NCBI GenBank assembly: GCA_963751245.1
Contig: CAVVTR010000003.1
Coordinates: 15,929-79,928, forward strand
Length of the DNA stretch: 64,000 nt
Direction of reading: 5' to 3'
Source: an uncultured Acidobacteriota bacterium
GTDB taxonomy: Bacteria; Acidobacteriota; Thermoanaerobaculia; Thermoanaerobaculales; Thermoanaerobaculaceae
The first letter of the stretch is position 1. Each line of letters starts with the position of its first letter. A program made the translations under genes and the position numbers. The notes beneath the pieces were generated by a model that did not search any database, was not told the DNA's origin, and worked only from the letters and a program-made list of their open reading frames with translations. Of this stretch, positions 37,223 to 45,770 are shown one piece after another.

Positions 37223-38374
37223 TCACCTCAGCTCCACGTGGAGTCGCACCGTACCCACCACCGCCGAGGGGGTGGAGCCGCCCCCCGGACGCGTGATCAC
37301 CTGGAGGTCGGGCTGCACGTGGATCCCGCCGGCCAGGTGGACCAGGTAGGTGAGCTCCCAGGCCGTCTCGGGCCCGAGACCGGGCCCCTGGATCCAGGCC
37401 CGGGCGATCCCGGCCTCGAGCCGGTCGCGGGGCCGTCCCCGGAGCGGACCGTCCAGCGCCGCTCCGATCCCGACGAAACGGGGCGAGACGCTCTCCCGGC
37501 CGGGGGTGGAGCCAAGCTCGGCGAAGCCGCTCAGCCGGCCCGGGCCGAGCCTCCCGAGGAGGCTCTGGACGACGGCGTACGTCCCGCCGCTGCTCCCCGG
37601 CCCCGGCCCGTCGCCCTGGCGCCGCCACGTCCATCCTCCCACCTTGAGCGCGGGGAGGGCGCCGCCCCCGAGGGCGACCTCGGCGATCCCCATCCCTCCC
37701 CCGTCCAGGGCGGTGGAGCGCTGGGCGGGATTGCTCTGGAACACCCCCACCCGCCCCCTCCACCCCGCGGCGCCTCCCGAGACCATGACGCCGAGGCCGG
37801 GCTTGGGGAAGATCGGGGCGGGCGCGTTGAGCGAGATGGACGGCGTGATGCCGAAGGAGGCGTTGAGCAGCACGGCGGCGGTCTCGACCACGGCGAAGTG
37901 GGCGTTGAGGTCGATGACGCCGGCGCGGAGCTCGGTCCCCGGGCCGCCGAGGCGCTGGCGCACCCACAGCTCGTACATCCTCGCCGCCGACGGCGCCGCG
38001 ATGTTGCTCATCACCTGGATGTCGCCGACGTCGTGGAGGCTGGGCTGGCCGCTGGAGATCCCCACGAAGGACGCCGCGACGCGCCCTCCCCGCCACAGCC
38101 CCAGCCGTCCCGTATTCACAGCCACCGACGCCATCGCGACGGTGTCGGACAGGGTGCCGCGGCGCAGGCCCCCGTGCAGCACCGAGACCGTCTCCGTGTC
38201 GAGGTGGAGCTTCCACTGGACCGGGAGATCCTCCTCCCCGAACGGGACGATGCGGGCGGCCAGCCGCCGCTGCGGCGGTCGTTCCTGTCCGGCCGCGGCG
38301 GCCGCACAGGTCCCCAGAGCGAGGAGCACGGACGCCGCAGCGGCTCCCGGCCACCGTGGGCCCGGCCACGCCAC
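37223..38374 (-). CDS. OprB-like carbohydrate-selective porin family protein
   Basis: Signal peptide. MYELWVRQRLGGPGTELRAGVIDLNAHF resembles the OprB core. C-terminal beta-strand ending (VRLHVELR). The GTG start lies 3 nt after the mscL stop. Confidence 0.6.
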   Translation of the reverse strand: MAWPGPRWPGAAAASVLLALGTCAAAAAGQERPPQRRLAARIVPFGEEDLPVQWKLHLDTETVSVLHGGLRRGTLSDTVAMASVAVNTGRLGLWRGGRVAASFVGISSGQPSLHDVGDIQVMSNIAAPSAARMYELWVRQRLGGPGTELRAGVIDLNAHFAVVETAAVLLNASFGITPSISLNAPAPIFPKPGLGVMVSGGAAGWRGRVGVFQSNPAQRSTALDGGGMGIAEVALGGGALPALKVGGWTWRRQGDGPGPGSSGGTYAVVQSLLGRLGPGRLSGFAELGSTPGRESVSPRFVGIGAALDGPLRGRPRDRLEAGIARAWIQGPGLGPETAWELTYLVHLAGGIHVQPDLQVITRPGGGSTPSAVVGTVRLHVELR

Positions 38375-38377
38375 GGA

Positions 38378-38821
38378 TCAGGGGGTTCCCAGCTGGGAGG
38401 TGCAGAAGCCGCAGCGGGTCGCCTTGACCGGGACGGTCGACAGGCAGTACGGGCAGGCCTTGGTGGTGGGCTCGGCGGGCGCGGGCGCCGGCTCGGCCTG
38501 CCACCGGTTCACCTGCTTGACGAGCAGGAAGACGGCGAACGCCACGATGAGGAAGCTGATCACGGCGGTGATGAAGATCCCGTAGTTGAGGGTCACCGCT
38601 CCCGCCTTCTGCGCGTCGGCCAGGGTGGCGTACTCACCCCCCTTGAGCATCACGAAATAGTTGGTGAAGTCGACGCTCCCGAGCAGCAGCCCGATCGGCG
38701 GCATCAGCACGTCGTTGACGAGGGAGGTCACGATCCTCCCGAACGCGGCGCCGATGACGATGCCCACGGCCATGTCCATGACGTTACCCCGCATGGCGAA
38801 CTTCTTGAACTCCGCGAACAT
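38378..38821 (-). CDS. mscL: large-conductance mechanosensitive channel MscL with C-terminal CxxC..CxxC zinc-ribbon tail
   Basis: MFAEFKKFAMRGNVMDMAVGIVIGAAFGRIVTSLVNDVLMPPIG is the canonical MscL N-terminus. The tail is KACPYCLSTVPVKATRCGFCTSQL. Confidence 0.9.
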   Translation of the reverse strand: MFAEFKKFAMRGNVMDMAVGIVIGAAFGRIVTSLVNDVLMPPIGLLLGSVDFTNYFVMLKGGEYATLADAQKAGAVTLNYGIFITAVISFLIVAFAVFLLVKQVNRWQAEPAPAPAEPTTKACPYCLSTVPVKATRCGFCTSQLGTP

Positions 38822-38934
38822 GGAGCCCTCCCTCTTCGTCCTGAGACGTTGTCCAAGCCTAGTGCCGAACGCTCGCGCAGGTCAAGACCGCGGCGCCCGG
38901 GGAGCCGTCCCCGCTATGGGTATACTTGCGCGAC

Positions 38935-40146
38935 ATGCGTGAGGCGTGGATCACCGGAGTGGGGTTGGTGACGGCTCTGGGCCCGGGGCGGGAACCCACG
39001 TGGCGGCGGCTGGTCGCCGGCGAGAGCGGCGTGGCGCCGCTCACGGTGTTCGACACCACCGCGTACCGGACGCACCTCGCCGCCCAGGTCGACGCCTTCG
39101 ACCTGCCCCCGATGCCCCGCCCGCTGCCGCGGCACTGCGGCCGCGCCAGCCGCTTCGCCCTCGCGGCGACGGCCGAGGCGCTGGCCGACGCGGCCCTGGC
39201 GCCTCCTCTCGCCCTCGACCCGCCGGTGGCGGCAGTGTTCGGAGGCGGCGCTGCCGGCCTCATCGAGGCCGAGCCCTTCGTCGAGCGCCGCCTCAGCGGC
39301 GGCCGCCGGGCGCGCGGCCTCGCGGAGTTCGTGGAGATCCCGCAGGACGCCGCCATGGACCGTGTGGCCGAGGTCTTCGGCCTCACCGGCGCGCGGATCT
39401 GCGTCAGCACGGCCTGCTCCTCGTCCGCGGTGGCGGCGGGGCTGGGCGCCGAGATGATCCGCGACGGCGAGGCGGACGTGGTGCTCGCCGGGGGCGCCGA
39501 CGCCCTGTGCCGGCTCACCTATGCCGGGTTCAACTCGCTGCGGGCCGTGGACACCGCGCCGTGTCGCCCCTTCGACCGCAACCGGCACGGCCTCAACCTC
39601 GGCGAGGGCGCCGGCGTGGTCGTCCTGGAGGAAGCCGGCCGCGCCCGCCGGCGGGGAGCGCACCCCTACGCCCGCGTGCTGGGGTACGGCGTGACCAACG
39701 ACGCCTTCCACATGACCCAGCCCGAGCCCTCCGGGGCGGCGTGGGAGCGCACCGTGCGGGCGGCGCTCGAGGATGCCGGAGTCGACCCGGCCGAGGTCGG
39801 CTACGTCAACGCCCACGGCACCGCCACCGAGCTCAACGACGTCGCCGAGGCCGCCGCCTACCGGCGCGTCTTCGGCGAGCGCCTCGCCGCGGTGCCGGTG
39901 TCCTCGGTGAAGGGCGCCCTGGGCCACTGTCTGTGCGCCGCCGGGGGCATCGAGGTCGCCGTCACGGCGCTGGCGGTGGCCCGCGGCACGGTGCCGCCCA
40001 CCGCGGGCTTCGCCGACGCCGACCCCGACTGCCCGCTGGACGTGGTGCCGGGAACGGGACGGGCTCACGACACGGCGGTGGCCCTGTCCTGCTCCTTCGC
40101 CTTCGGGGGCAACTCCGCCGCCGTCGTCCTGGGGAGGGCGCGGTGA
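38935..40146 (+). CDS. beta-ketoacyl-ACP synthase II-like (KS, active Cys-His-His)
   Basis: Active-site VSTACSSS, NAHGTATELND, KGALGHCLCAAG. Start placed at ATG 38935; the track uses TTG 38926. Confidence 0.85.
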   Translation: MREAWITGVGLVTALGPGREPTWRRLVAGESGVAPLTVFDTTAYRTHLAAQVDAFDLPPMPRPLPRHCGRASRFALAATAEALADAALAPPLALDPPVAAVFGGGAAGLIEAEPFVERRLSGGRRARGLAEFVEIPQDAAMDRVAEVFGLTGARICVSTACSSSAVAAGLGAEMIRDGEADVVLAGGADALCRLTYAGFNSLRAVDTAPCRPFDRNRHGLNLGEGAGVVVLEEAGRARRRGAHPYARVLGYGVTNDAFHMTQPEPSGAAWERTVRAALEDAGVDPAEVGYVNAHGTATELNDVAEAAAYRRVFGERLAAVPVSSVKGALGHCLCAAGGIEVAVTALAVARGTVPPTAGFADADPDCPLDVVPGTGRAHDTAVALSCSFAFGGNSAAVVLGRAR

Positions 40147-41288
40147 GCGGCCGCGACGCCTTCATCCGCGCCACCGGCGTGGTGGGCCCGACCGGCGTCG
40201 GCACTGCGGCGCTGTGCGCCGCGCTGGAGGATGCCCGGTGGACGGCGGAGGCGGGCCTGGAGCGCCCCGACGGCCCGCCGCTGCCGGTCGCCACCTGCCG
40301 GGACTTCACGACCCAGGGCCACCTCCCGCCCCTGGTTGCCCGCCGGCTGGACCGGCCCGCCAGGCTGCTGGTCGTGGCGGCCAGGGAGGCCCTGGCGGGC
40401 GCCGGAGACGAGACGCGGTTCGCCCCGGAGCGGACCGGCGTGACCGCCGGGACGTGGAACGCGGGGACCGGCGCCCTCGTGGAGGTGCTGACCGCGGTCT
40501 TCCTCGCCTCGCCGGGGGAGGCCTCGCCCCTGCAGTTCCCCTCCACCGTGGCCAACGCCCCGGCCAGCCAGCTGGGGCTTCTCGAGCGCTTCGCCGGGCC
40601 CAACGTCACCTTCTTCGAGAAGCAGGTGGGAGGGCTGCGCGCTGCCAGCGAGGCCCGCAGGCTCCTGGCCCGCCGGCGCGCCGAGGCGATCCTGGCCTGC
40701 GGCGTGGACGAGGCGCACTGGCTCAACGCCGAGGGGTACGCCCGTCTCGGCGTGCTCCGCGGCCCCGGCGGCGACGGCATGCTCCTCGCCGAGGGCGCCA
40801 CCGTCCTCCTCATGACGGCGGCGCCGGGCCCCGGCGTCCTGGCCCGGCTGGCCGGCGCCGGCTCGGCCTCCTCCCCGGGGCCGCCGTGGCGCTACCCTGA
40901 CGGTCCCGGCGCCCTGGTGGCGGCGGCGCGGCAGGCGCTGCGAGACGCGGGCCTGGCACCCCGCGACGTCGGCCTCGTGGTGGGCCTCGCCAACGGCGTC
41001 CCTGCCGCCGAGCGCCTGGAGCTCGCCGCCCTCCCGCTGCTGCTTGAGGACCACCGGCCCGCCGTCACGACCCCGGCCGTCCGCCTCGGCGAGGGCGCCT
41101 TCTCGGCGGCGGCCCGCCTGGCCGTCGCGGCGCTCACCGTCGGCGGGCGCGTGCTGCCTCGCTGGGAGGCCCCGGCCCCCTACCGCCGCGCGGGATACGC
41201 TCCCCCCTCGGCCCGCCCCGCCCACGCGCTCATCTGGGCCCTCGCCGGGGGCGGCTCGGCCCACGCCGTGGTGCTCTCAGCTCCGTGA
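40143..41288 (+). CDS. KS-like protein lacking the catalytic Cys (Cys->Gln), chain-length-factor-like
   Basis: Second half of track ORF 38946..41288. GTG 40143 overlaps the KS stop (GTGA). Gap-free alignment of TFFEKQVGGLRAA to the neighbour's VSTACSSSAVAAG puts Gln at the Cys position. The His motifs are replaced (ANGVPAAE, RLGEGAFS). Confidence 0.7.
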   Translation: MSGRDAFIRATGVVGPTGVGTAALCAALEDARWTAEAGLERPDGPPLPVATCRDFTTQGHLPPLVARRLDRPARLLVVAAREALAGAGDETRFAPERTGVTAGTWNAGTGALVEVLTAVFLASPGEASPLQFPSTVANAPASQLGLLERFAGPNVTFFEKQVGGLRAASEARRLLARRRAEAILACGVDEAHWLNAEGYARLGVLRGPGGDGMLLAEGATVLLMTAAPGPGVLARLAGAGSASSPGPPWRYPDGPGALVAAARQALRDAGLAPRDVGLVVGLANGVPAAERLELAALPLLLEDHRPAVTTPAVRLGEGAFSAAARLAVAALTVGGRVLPRWEAPAPYRRAGYAPPSARPAHALIWALAGGGSAHAVVLSAP

Positions 41289-41745
41289 CGAAGAGCTCGT
41301 CGAGCCGGGCGGCGATGCACCCGGCGTGGGACCCCGGCCAGTAGATCCGTCCGCACGAGGCGCAGCGCTTGAAGGCGGGGGCGTGGACCGCCACGAAGGG
41401 GGGCACGAGGGTCTCCACCTCGTCCCTGGGTGCCGGGCGCAGGAGACCGTTGCACTCGGAGCACCGGGTAAAGAAGCGCTCCGGCTCGACCGGCAGGACG
41501 AGGCGGGAGCGCACCTCCGAGACCTGCCCGTCCAGGGAGCCGGTGCGCAGCAGCAGGACCCGGGGCCCGGCGCGGGCCGCCAGCAGCCGGTCCCGGGTGA
41601 GCAGCCAGCGGCCCTCGGCCCGTGCCGTGTCGGCGAGCCAGTCGTCGGGGGCGCCGGCCGCGAAGAGGACGTCGAAGCCGGCGAAGCGCAGCCACCGGGC
41701 CAGCCGGCCGAGCATCGCGTCGCAGACGAACCGGGGTGCGTCCAC
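41230..41745 (-). CDS. Mut7-C (DUF82) PIN-like RNase domain protein with C-terminal zinc ribbon
   Basis: FVCDAMLGRLARWLRFAGFDV..LLTRD..RCSECNG..CASCGRIYWPGSH is the Mut7-C pattern. Its 3' end overlaps the convergent KS-like gene by 59 nt. Confidence 0.75.
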   Translation of the reverse strand: MDAPRFVCDAMLGRLARWLRFAGFDVLFAAGAPDDWLADTARAEGRWLLTRDRLLAARAGPRVLLLRTGSLDGQVSEVRSRLVLPVEPERFFTRCSECNGLLRPAPRDEVETLVPPFVAVHAPAFKRCASCGRIYWPGSHAGCIAARLDELFVTELRAPRRGPSRPRRGPR

Positions 41746-41944
41746 GTCTCGATTCTACCCGGGAGGGCGGCGCCGCGCCGGCGCGGCCCGTCACGGGATG
41801 ACTCAGACAAGATTTTCAATGTGAATGGTTTACACAGAGTCGACCGAAGTGGGGACGCCTCACGCCCGCCCTCTTCGGAGCCCACGGATGTGGTAGCATG
41901 AATTCGGGAAAATGGCCTTTCCTCGAACCCCTACGGAGGTGTCG

Positions 41945-42163
41945 ATGAGTTCGCACCACGACGTGCGCCAGGAACTGGCGGATCGGGACCCTGAGTTTCG
42001 TCGGCTTCTGGAAGAGCACCGGTCGCGGGAACGGCGTCTATCCGAGCTGAAGCACAAGGGCTGGCTGACCACCGACGAGGAGCAGGAAGAGAAGCTCCTC
42101 AAGAAGGAGAAGCTGCAGCTCAAGGACCAGATGGAGCTGCTCCTGCGCCAGCGCTCCGCCTGA
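41945..42163 (+). CDS. DUF465 (YdcH-like) small coiled-coil protein
   Basis: Start ATG 41945 (GGAGG 6 nt upstream). ..DPEFRRLLEEHRSRERRLSEL..LTTDEEQEEKLLKKEKLQLKDQM is the DUF465 signature. Confidence 0.7.
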   Translation: MSSHHDVRQELADRDPEFRRLLEEHRSRERRLSELKHKGWLTTDEEQEEKLLKKEKLQLKDQMELLLRQRSA

Positions 42164-42181
42164 GCGCCGCGCCCCCTCGCC

Positions 42182-42829
42182 ATGGTGCCTCTGGCCCCTG
42201 AAGGGTATCCGTTTATCTTGTTCCCGGCGCTCGCCGGGGTGCTGGCGTGGGTCTTCGGCGTGCCGTCGCTGGCCGTGGCGCTGTGGGTGGTGGCGCTGGC
42301 CTGCGTGGCGTTCTTCCGGGACCCCGCCCGCTCGTCCGACGCGCCCCCTGACGCTCTCCTCGCCCCCGCCGACGGCAAGGTCCTCTCCGTGGGCGAGGCG
42401 CCCGCAGCGCTGGCCGCCCGCGGCCTGCCCGTCCAGGTCTCCATCTTCATGTCTCCGGCCAACGTCCACGTCAACCGCGCGCCCCTGTCCGGGACCGTGA
42501 GGGAGGCCACCCACAGCCCCGGCCGGAACTTCCCGGCGTTCCGGGACAAGGCCTCCGAGCTCAACGAGCACAGCTTCGTCGTCATCGGGTCGCCGCACGC
42601 CAGCGTCGCCTACAAGCAGATCGCCGGCTCGCTGGCGCGGCGGGTGGTGTGCGACCTCACTCCCGGCGACGTGGTGGAGCGCGGCCAGCGGGTGGGCATC
42701 ATCAAGTTCTCGTCCCGCGTGGATCTCTTCCTGCCGGCCTCCGTCGCCGTCGCGGTGCAGCCGGGACAGCGGACCCGCGCCGGCGTCACCGTGGTGGCCA
42801 CGCTCCCGTCCCCGGAGCCGCACCCTTGA
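42182..42829 (+). CDS. psd: phosphatidylserine decarboxylase proenzyme (short, archaetidylserine-decarboxylase-like type)
   Basis: 215 aa. FFRDP.R, APADGKV, SIFMSPANVHVNRAP, and the processing region GIIKFSSRVDLFLP. Note Ser-Ser where Gly-Ser is usual. Confidence 0.85.
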   Translation: MVPLAPEGYPFILFPALAGVLAWVFGVPSLAVALWVVALACVAFFRDPARSSDAPPDALLAPADGKVLSVGEAPAALAARGLPVQVSIFMSPANVHVNRAPLSGTVREATHSPGRNFPAFRDKASELNEHSFVVIGSPHASVAYKQIAGSLARRVVCDLTPGDVVERGQRVGIIKFSSRVDLFLPASVAVAVQPGQRTRAGVTVVATLPSPEPHP

Positions 42830-42831
42830 GA

Positions 42832-43641
42832 GTGCGCCGGAGGGAACCCTCGCGACTGCCGCGCCGGCCGCGCCGCCGCCCGCGGGAAGGCCTGCGCCGC
42901 GGCATCTTCCTGCTCCCCTCCCTGTTCACCGTGGGCAACATGCTGGCCGGCTTCGCCGCCGTCCTCCACAGCTTCCACGGGCGCCTGGTGCTGGCCAGCT
43001 GGCTCATCATCCTGGCCGGGGTCCTCGACGGCCTCGACGGCCGCGTCGCCCGCCTCACCGGCGCCACCTCGGAGTTCGGCAAGGAGTACGACTCCCTCGC
43101 CGACGTCATCAGCTTCGGCGTGGCGCCCGCCGTGCTCGCCTACCAGTGGGGCCTGCAGGAGCTCGGCCGCTGGGGGTGGGCGGTGGCGTTCCTGTTCCTG
43201 GTGGCGGGCTCGGTGCGGCTGGCCCGCTTCAACGTCCGCGTCGCTCACGAGGACCGCCGCTTCTTCACCGGCCTGCCCATCCCGGGCGGCGCGGGCTCCA
43301 TCGCCCTGCTGGTCCTGCTGAGCCCCGAGCCCGTCCGCGGCTCCCTGCTGTCCATGGCGGCCTGGATGTTCGTCCTCCTCGTGGCGCTGCTCATGGTGTC
43401 CACGGTGCCCTATCGGTCGTACAAGGACTTCAACCCAAGCGAGCGGCTGCCGGCGACGGCGTTCTTCGTCATCGCCATCGTCATCGCGGTGATCGTGGTC
43501 TCGCCGGTGCCCGTGATGGCGATCATGGCGGGAACGTACCTCGTCTCGGGCCCCGCGGAGGTGGTGCTGCGCTGGTTCCGCCACACCTCCCTGCCGCGCC
43601 CCGAGACGTCCGCGGGACCCCACACCGATGCCGATGATTAG
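42832..43641 (+). CDS. pssA: CDP-diacylglycerol--serine O-phosphatidyltransferase
   Basis: Real part of track ORF 42649..43641. CDP-alcohol phosphatidyltransferase motif DGLDGRVARLTGATSEFGKEYDSLADVISFG. Start is either GTG 42832 or TTG 42826, the latter overlapping the psd stop. Confidence 0.85.
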   Translation: MRRREPSRLPRRPRRRPREGLRRGIFLLPSLFTVGNMLAGFAAVLHSFHGRLVLASWLIILAGVLDGLDGRVARLTGATSEFGKEYDSLADVISFGVAPAVLAYQWGLQELGRWGWAVAFLFLVAGSVRLARFNVRVAHEDRRFFTGLPIPGGAGSIALLVLLSPEPVRGSLLSMAAWMFVLLVALLMVSTVPYRSYKDFNPSERLPATAFFVIAIVIAVIVVSPVPVMAIMAGTYLVSGPAEVVLRWFRHTSLPRPETSAGPHTDADD

Positions 43642-44587
43642 CATCCTCAACCCCACGACCCTCCTGGGAAGGGAGATCGCCGAGCACGTGGCGGCGGCGT
43701 TCCCCGGCGTCCAGCGCCGCTACTTCCACACCGGCGACAGCGAGGAGCACCTCATCCTGGAGCTGGCGGAGGCTCCGGCACTGGTGCCGCCGCTGACCTC
43801 CTGCGACGAGCTGGACGGCAGCGCCGCCGTGGTGGTGCCCGGAGGCCTCCCCGAGGCCGCGGCCCTCGACCTCCTCTCCTGGCTCAACCGTCACCCGGAA
43901 ACGGCCCTCGTGGACGCCTCGCAGCCGGGGCTCGCGGGGGACGTGGCCGTCACGGTGCTGGACTCCGCCCCCCTGGGAGCCACCCCACGCTGGTACCACG
44001 TCGCCGATCCGGGGCTTTTCGGCCCGGCGCGCCTGGTGCGCGCCCTGGAGCCGCTGCGCCCGGCGGCGCTGCACGTGGTCCTGCTGCGGCCGGTCTCCGA
44101 CCGCGGCGAGGAGGCCGTGCAGGAGCTCGTGGCCCAGGCCGCGGCCAGGCTGTCAGGGTCCTCCCCGGGGTCGCCGCATCATCTGCCCGCGGTCCTCGCC
44201 TTCGATCTCGCGCCCTCGGGCGAGGCGGCCGGCGCCGCCCTCTCCGGGCAGCTCGCCGCCCTGCTCCCGGGACTCCCGGCCACCCTCCAGGCCGTGGAGA
44301 CCGGCGTCTTCCACGGCCACGTCGCGGTGACGATGGTGACCGTCACGGAGACCGCGACCCCCACCGCGCTCCGCGCCCTGGTCCGAAAGGTACCGGGGCT
44401 GCACCTGGCCCGCGCCGGGCAGGGTCTGCGCCCCAGCGACATCGCCGGCCGGGACGACGTGCTCTGCGGAGAGCTCCGCATCGAGGGCACCGAGGTCACG
44501 GCGTGGCTGGCGGCCGACGGCCTCCGCATCGCCGGCGCTCAGGCCGTGGTGGAGATTCTCACCGACGTCGGCGGTCTCAGCGGCTGA
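43628..44587 (+). CDS. aspartate-semialdehyde-dehydrogenase-like protein, apparently non-catalytic
   Basis: Overall ASADH/USG-1-like layout (..VETGVFHGHVAVTMV.. resembles the ASADH His region). However, the N-terminal GxxGxxG is degenerate (ISILNPTTLLGREI), and the nucleophile-Cys region reads VADPGLFGP with no Cys. Confidence 0.55.
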   Translation: MPMISILNPTTLLGREIAEHVAAAFPGVQRRYFHTGDSEEHLILELAEAPALVPPLTSCDELDGSAAVVVPGGLPEAAALDLLSWLNRHPETALVDASQPGLAGDVAVTVLDSAPLGATPRWYHVADPGLFGPARLVRALEPLRPAALHVVLLRPVSDRGEEAVQELVAQAAARLSGSSPGSPHHLPAVLAFDLAPSGEAAGAALSGQLAALLPGLPATLQAVETGVFHGHVAVTMVTVTETATPTALRALVRKVPGLHLARAGQGLRPSDIAGRDDVLCGELRIEGTEVTAWLAADGLRIAGAQAVVEILTDVGGLSG

Positions 44588-45770
44588 AGTCCTGCCACTG
44601 CGAGACGACCGCCGTGCCGTCGCCCGCCACCACCGCCCACCGCGCCTGCACGGAGCGTAGCCGCGAGACGAAGGAGAGGGTGGCGCCGGAGATCACCGTG
44701 TTCTGGCCCAGGTAGGTGTAGTGAAGCCGCACCGCGTTGGCCTCGCGGGCGGCCGTCACGCGGCGCCACCCCCGTGCCCCGCTCACCCCGTACTCGAGGC
44801 CGGCGAAGTCGCCGAGCTGCGCGTCGAGCACCTCGTTGCCGCCGAAGCGCACCTCGACCCAGTTGGAGGTCGTGGCGAAGGTGCCGGAGAACGGTGAGGG
44901 GTTGCGCAGCGCCACCTCCAGTCGGCCGCTGGCCAGCCACCGGACCTGCACCTGCGCCATGGGGTAGGGCCCGGCGCCGCGCATGTAGTCCAGGAACGCC
45001 TGCCGGCACATCCCCGCGGCGGGGGCCGGCGGCGGCAGCGACACCACGTCCCAGCCCGTGAGCCCCTGGCGGACGGGGCGCAGCAGGAAACCGAGGTCGC
45101 GGTTGTAGCGGGCCGCGTTGGTCGCCTCCACCTCCACGACCGTGCCGCCGGCCAGCATCCGTCCCCCCCACGAGAGGGCGCCGCGGAGGTCGAAGAGGTC
45201 GCTGTGGTCGCCGCGCCGGAACGCGGCCTGGGAGGGGCTGGCGAGGGACATCAGGTCGACGGGGTCGTCCCCGGGTTCGGGCCGGAGCAGCGGCTGCACC
45301 ACGATGGCCACCCGGTACCCGACGCCACGGGCGTCCAGGGCATCGAGGGCGGCGAGGTCGTCGTCGGTGGTCGAAGCGGGGAACCCCGCCGCGGCCGGCG
45401 TGCCCAGCGCCACGGCGATGAGACCGACGCCGGGCCAGCCCTCCGGCGGAAGCGCCTGCGCGATCTGGCCCGCGGGCGCCATGAGCTCGACGCGGACGCC
45501 GCTCGCGGCCGCGAGGTCCGCCGCGAAGCGGGGAAGGCCCGGCCACAGGGCGCGGGCGACGAGAATCAGCGAGCCCCGCGAGGGCAGGAGCTTGGCCGCG
45601 GGCTGGAGCTGGTTCCAGAAGGCGGCGGCGTCCCCGCTCGCCTCCCCCTCGCCGCTCACGTCCACCGCGAGGGAGACGTTCAACGGCGCCAGGGGCGCCA
45701 GGCCGGCGAAGGGCTGCAGCACGAACGAGGCCGTCCCGTCTCCGATGGCACCCCGCCCCACCTGCACCAC
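44577..45770 (-). CDS. hypothetical protein (no motif recognised); N-terminus possibly truncated by a frame break
   Basis: 397-aa high-GC3 ORF with a GTG start. An upstream ATG at 45939 opens a TM-like peptide (MLEWVGWHAGDLIVTVLLAAFGGGG) in the -1 frame. That peptide would join this ORF across a (GGC)n run at ~45864-45878. Confidence 0.55.
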   Translation of the reverse strand: MVQVGRGAIGDGTASFVLQPFAGLAPLAPLNVSLAVDVSGEGEASGDAAAFWNQLQPAAKLLPSRGSLILVARALWPGLPRFAADLAAASGVRVELMAPAGQIAQALPPEGWPGVGLIAVALGTPAAAGFPASTTDDDLAALDALDARGVGYRVAIVVQPLLRPEPGDDPVDLMSLASPSQAAFRRGDHSDLFDLRGALSWGGRMLAGGTVVEVEATNAARYNRDLGFLLRPVRQGLTGWDVVSLPPPAPAAGMCRQAFLDYMRGAGPYPMAQVQVRWLASGRLEVALRNPSPFSGTFATTSNWVEVRFGGNEVLDAQLGDFAGLEYGVSGARGWRRVTAAREANAVRLHYTYLGQNTVISGATLSFVSRLRSVQARWAVVAGDGTAVVSQWQDFSR

